This document shows, piece by piece, positions 26,299 through 27,146 of a DNA stretch of 27,146 bases. Source of the DNA: a virus. Lineage: Duplodnaviria; Heunggongvirae; Uroviricota; Caudoviricetes. Numbering within the stretch: position 1 is the first letter of the stretch; every line of letters begins with the position of its first letter. The notes beneath the pieces were generated by a model. It did not search any database. It was not told the origin of the DNA and was given only the letters and a program-made list of their open reading frames with translations. Location: the IMG/VR virus record IMGVR_UViG_3300045988_151853; one strand, 5' to 3'. The position numbers and the translations under genes were made by a program.

Positions 26299-26609
26299 TA
26301 CTTCACCTCCTGCGTTTCTTTGCTGCTGTGAATTCGCCAGTTACCGACGCCTTCCCATTCAAACTGGCGGTTACTAATTCGCGTCCAGCCCCTGCCGAAA
26401 AGCAAATCCAGATACCAGTATTTTAAAGTTCTGATAATTGCTCTTACAGTTGGTTTGCATCCAGAAGTCTTTGATGCGCAAATAAAGCACCGAGTTATGC
26501 TCATGGCCTCTACAAAAGGCCAGATAAACCAAACCCAGATGCAAAGAGCCACGAACAACATGAGCGCAATGTTAGCCACTAAGCCAGACCAGTACAGATA
26601 ATTGCTCAC
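26298..26609 (-). CDS. Hypothetical membrane protein
   Basis: 103-aa ORF with hydrophobic N-terminal segments; translationally coupled to the exonuclease gene. Confidence 0.4.
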   Translation of the reverse strand: MSNYLYWSGLVANIALMLFVALCIWVWFIWPFVEAMSITRCFICASKTSGCKPTVRAIIRTLKYWYLDLLFGRGWTRISNRQFEWEGVGNWRIHSSKETQEVK

Positions 26610-26845
26610 TGGTTGCCTCCTTTACGGATCTGCGCTGCGATGCGCGAAAAAAAAGACTCCCGCGTATGACTGTTAAGAGCTGGCGCGAACGCTGCGTTAA
26701 GAACGGCAGCATCACAGCCGTCATCGATATAGAGCGCAATTTTTTTCTCCAGGCGCGCTTTGGCTTCCTGCAACTGCATACCCCGGCACGCACGCGGGAT
26801 ATACTCAGCAATTTGAGCGATAGATTTTTCGTTCTGTTTAAACAT
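26606..26845 (-). CDS. Hypothetical small early protein
   Basis: 79-aa ORF, overlapping start/stop with neighbours in the same minus-strand operon; preferred over the Arg-rich alternative frame 26572-26958. Confidence 0.4.
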   Translation of the reverse strand: MFKQNEKSIAQIAEYIPRACRGMQLQEAKARLEKKIALYIDDGCDAAVLNAAFAPALNSHTRESFFSRIAAQIRKGGNQ

Positions 26846-27041
26846 GCTTCACCTCGATAGGCTTGATGCTGTCGATCAGCAGTCGGCGGCGCGTATTTTC
26901 TGCAAAGTGGCGGCGTCCGGTTTCTTTGTGGTAAAACTCGTTTTTTCCGACGACCCACATCCGCTTTGTCTGGTGCAGTTTTTTTACCTGCGGACCGTCT
27001 CGGGTGATAACAATTCCTGTATGAGTTTTTATCACGCTCAT
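26838..27041 (-). CDS. Hypothetical small early protein
   Basis: 67-aa basic ORF at the head of the minus-strand gene string. Confidence 0.4.
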   Translation of the reverse strand: MSVIKTHTGIVITRDGPQVKKLHQTKRMWVVGKNEFYHKETGRRHFAENTRRRLLIDSIKPIEVKHV

Positions 27042-27146
27042 TTCTTATTCTCCGGTGCTTTTGGCATTACTGCCCAGTGAGTGATATTGACGTTTTCAAG
27101 GTCCCCGACCTGAAATGTCCACTGCCATTCTCCGGTTTCTTTTTGT

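Noticed and set aside
26572-26958. 128-aa minus-strand ORF
   Set aside because: Extremely Arg/Lys-rich and overlaps two more protein-like ORFs (26606-26845, 26838-27041) in other frames.

Overview
This window reads as the late and accessory region of an SfV/e14-like temperate myovirus of an enterobacterium, with lambda-type lysis genes, an HK97-type head module and a Mu-type contractile tail. In order it contains: the 3' end of a lambda R-like endolysin with overlapping Rz/Rz1 spanins; HNH endonuclease, small and large terminase, portal, prohead protease and major capsid protein; head-tail connectors; tail sheath, tube, a frameshifted tail chaperone and a tape measure gene with an in-frame tandem duplication; a low-GC moron with its own promoter and terminator; Mu N/P/gp45-48-like baseplate genes; and an invertible tail-fibre host-range switch with a Pin/Gin/Hin-type invertase that is frameshifted in this sequence. 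Downstream is an accessory region: a zinc-ribbon DUF4145-like protein, a 348-bp non-coding stretch, a dinI-like gene behind two LexA boxes, a tyrosine integrase, a Panacea (DUF4065)-domain protein with an unrecognised overlapping partner, a PrtN/Xis-like gene, a DEDDh exonuclease and small early genes. The best candidates for an undescribed system are the Panacea-domain pair (24335-25383) and the DUF4145 zinc-ribbon protein (21550-22245); neither can be confirmed from sequence alone. All protein names rest on my recognition of motifs and on gene order; no database search was run.
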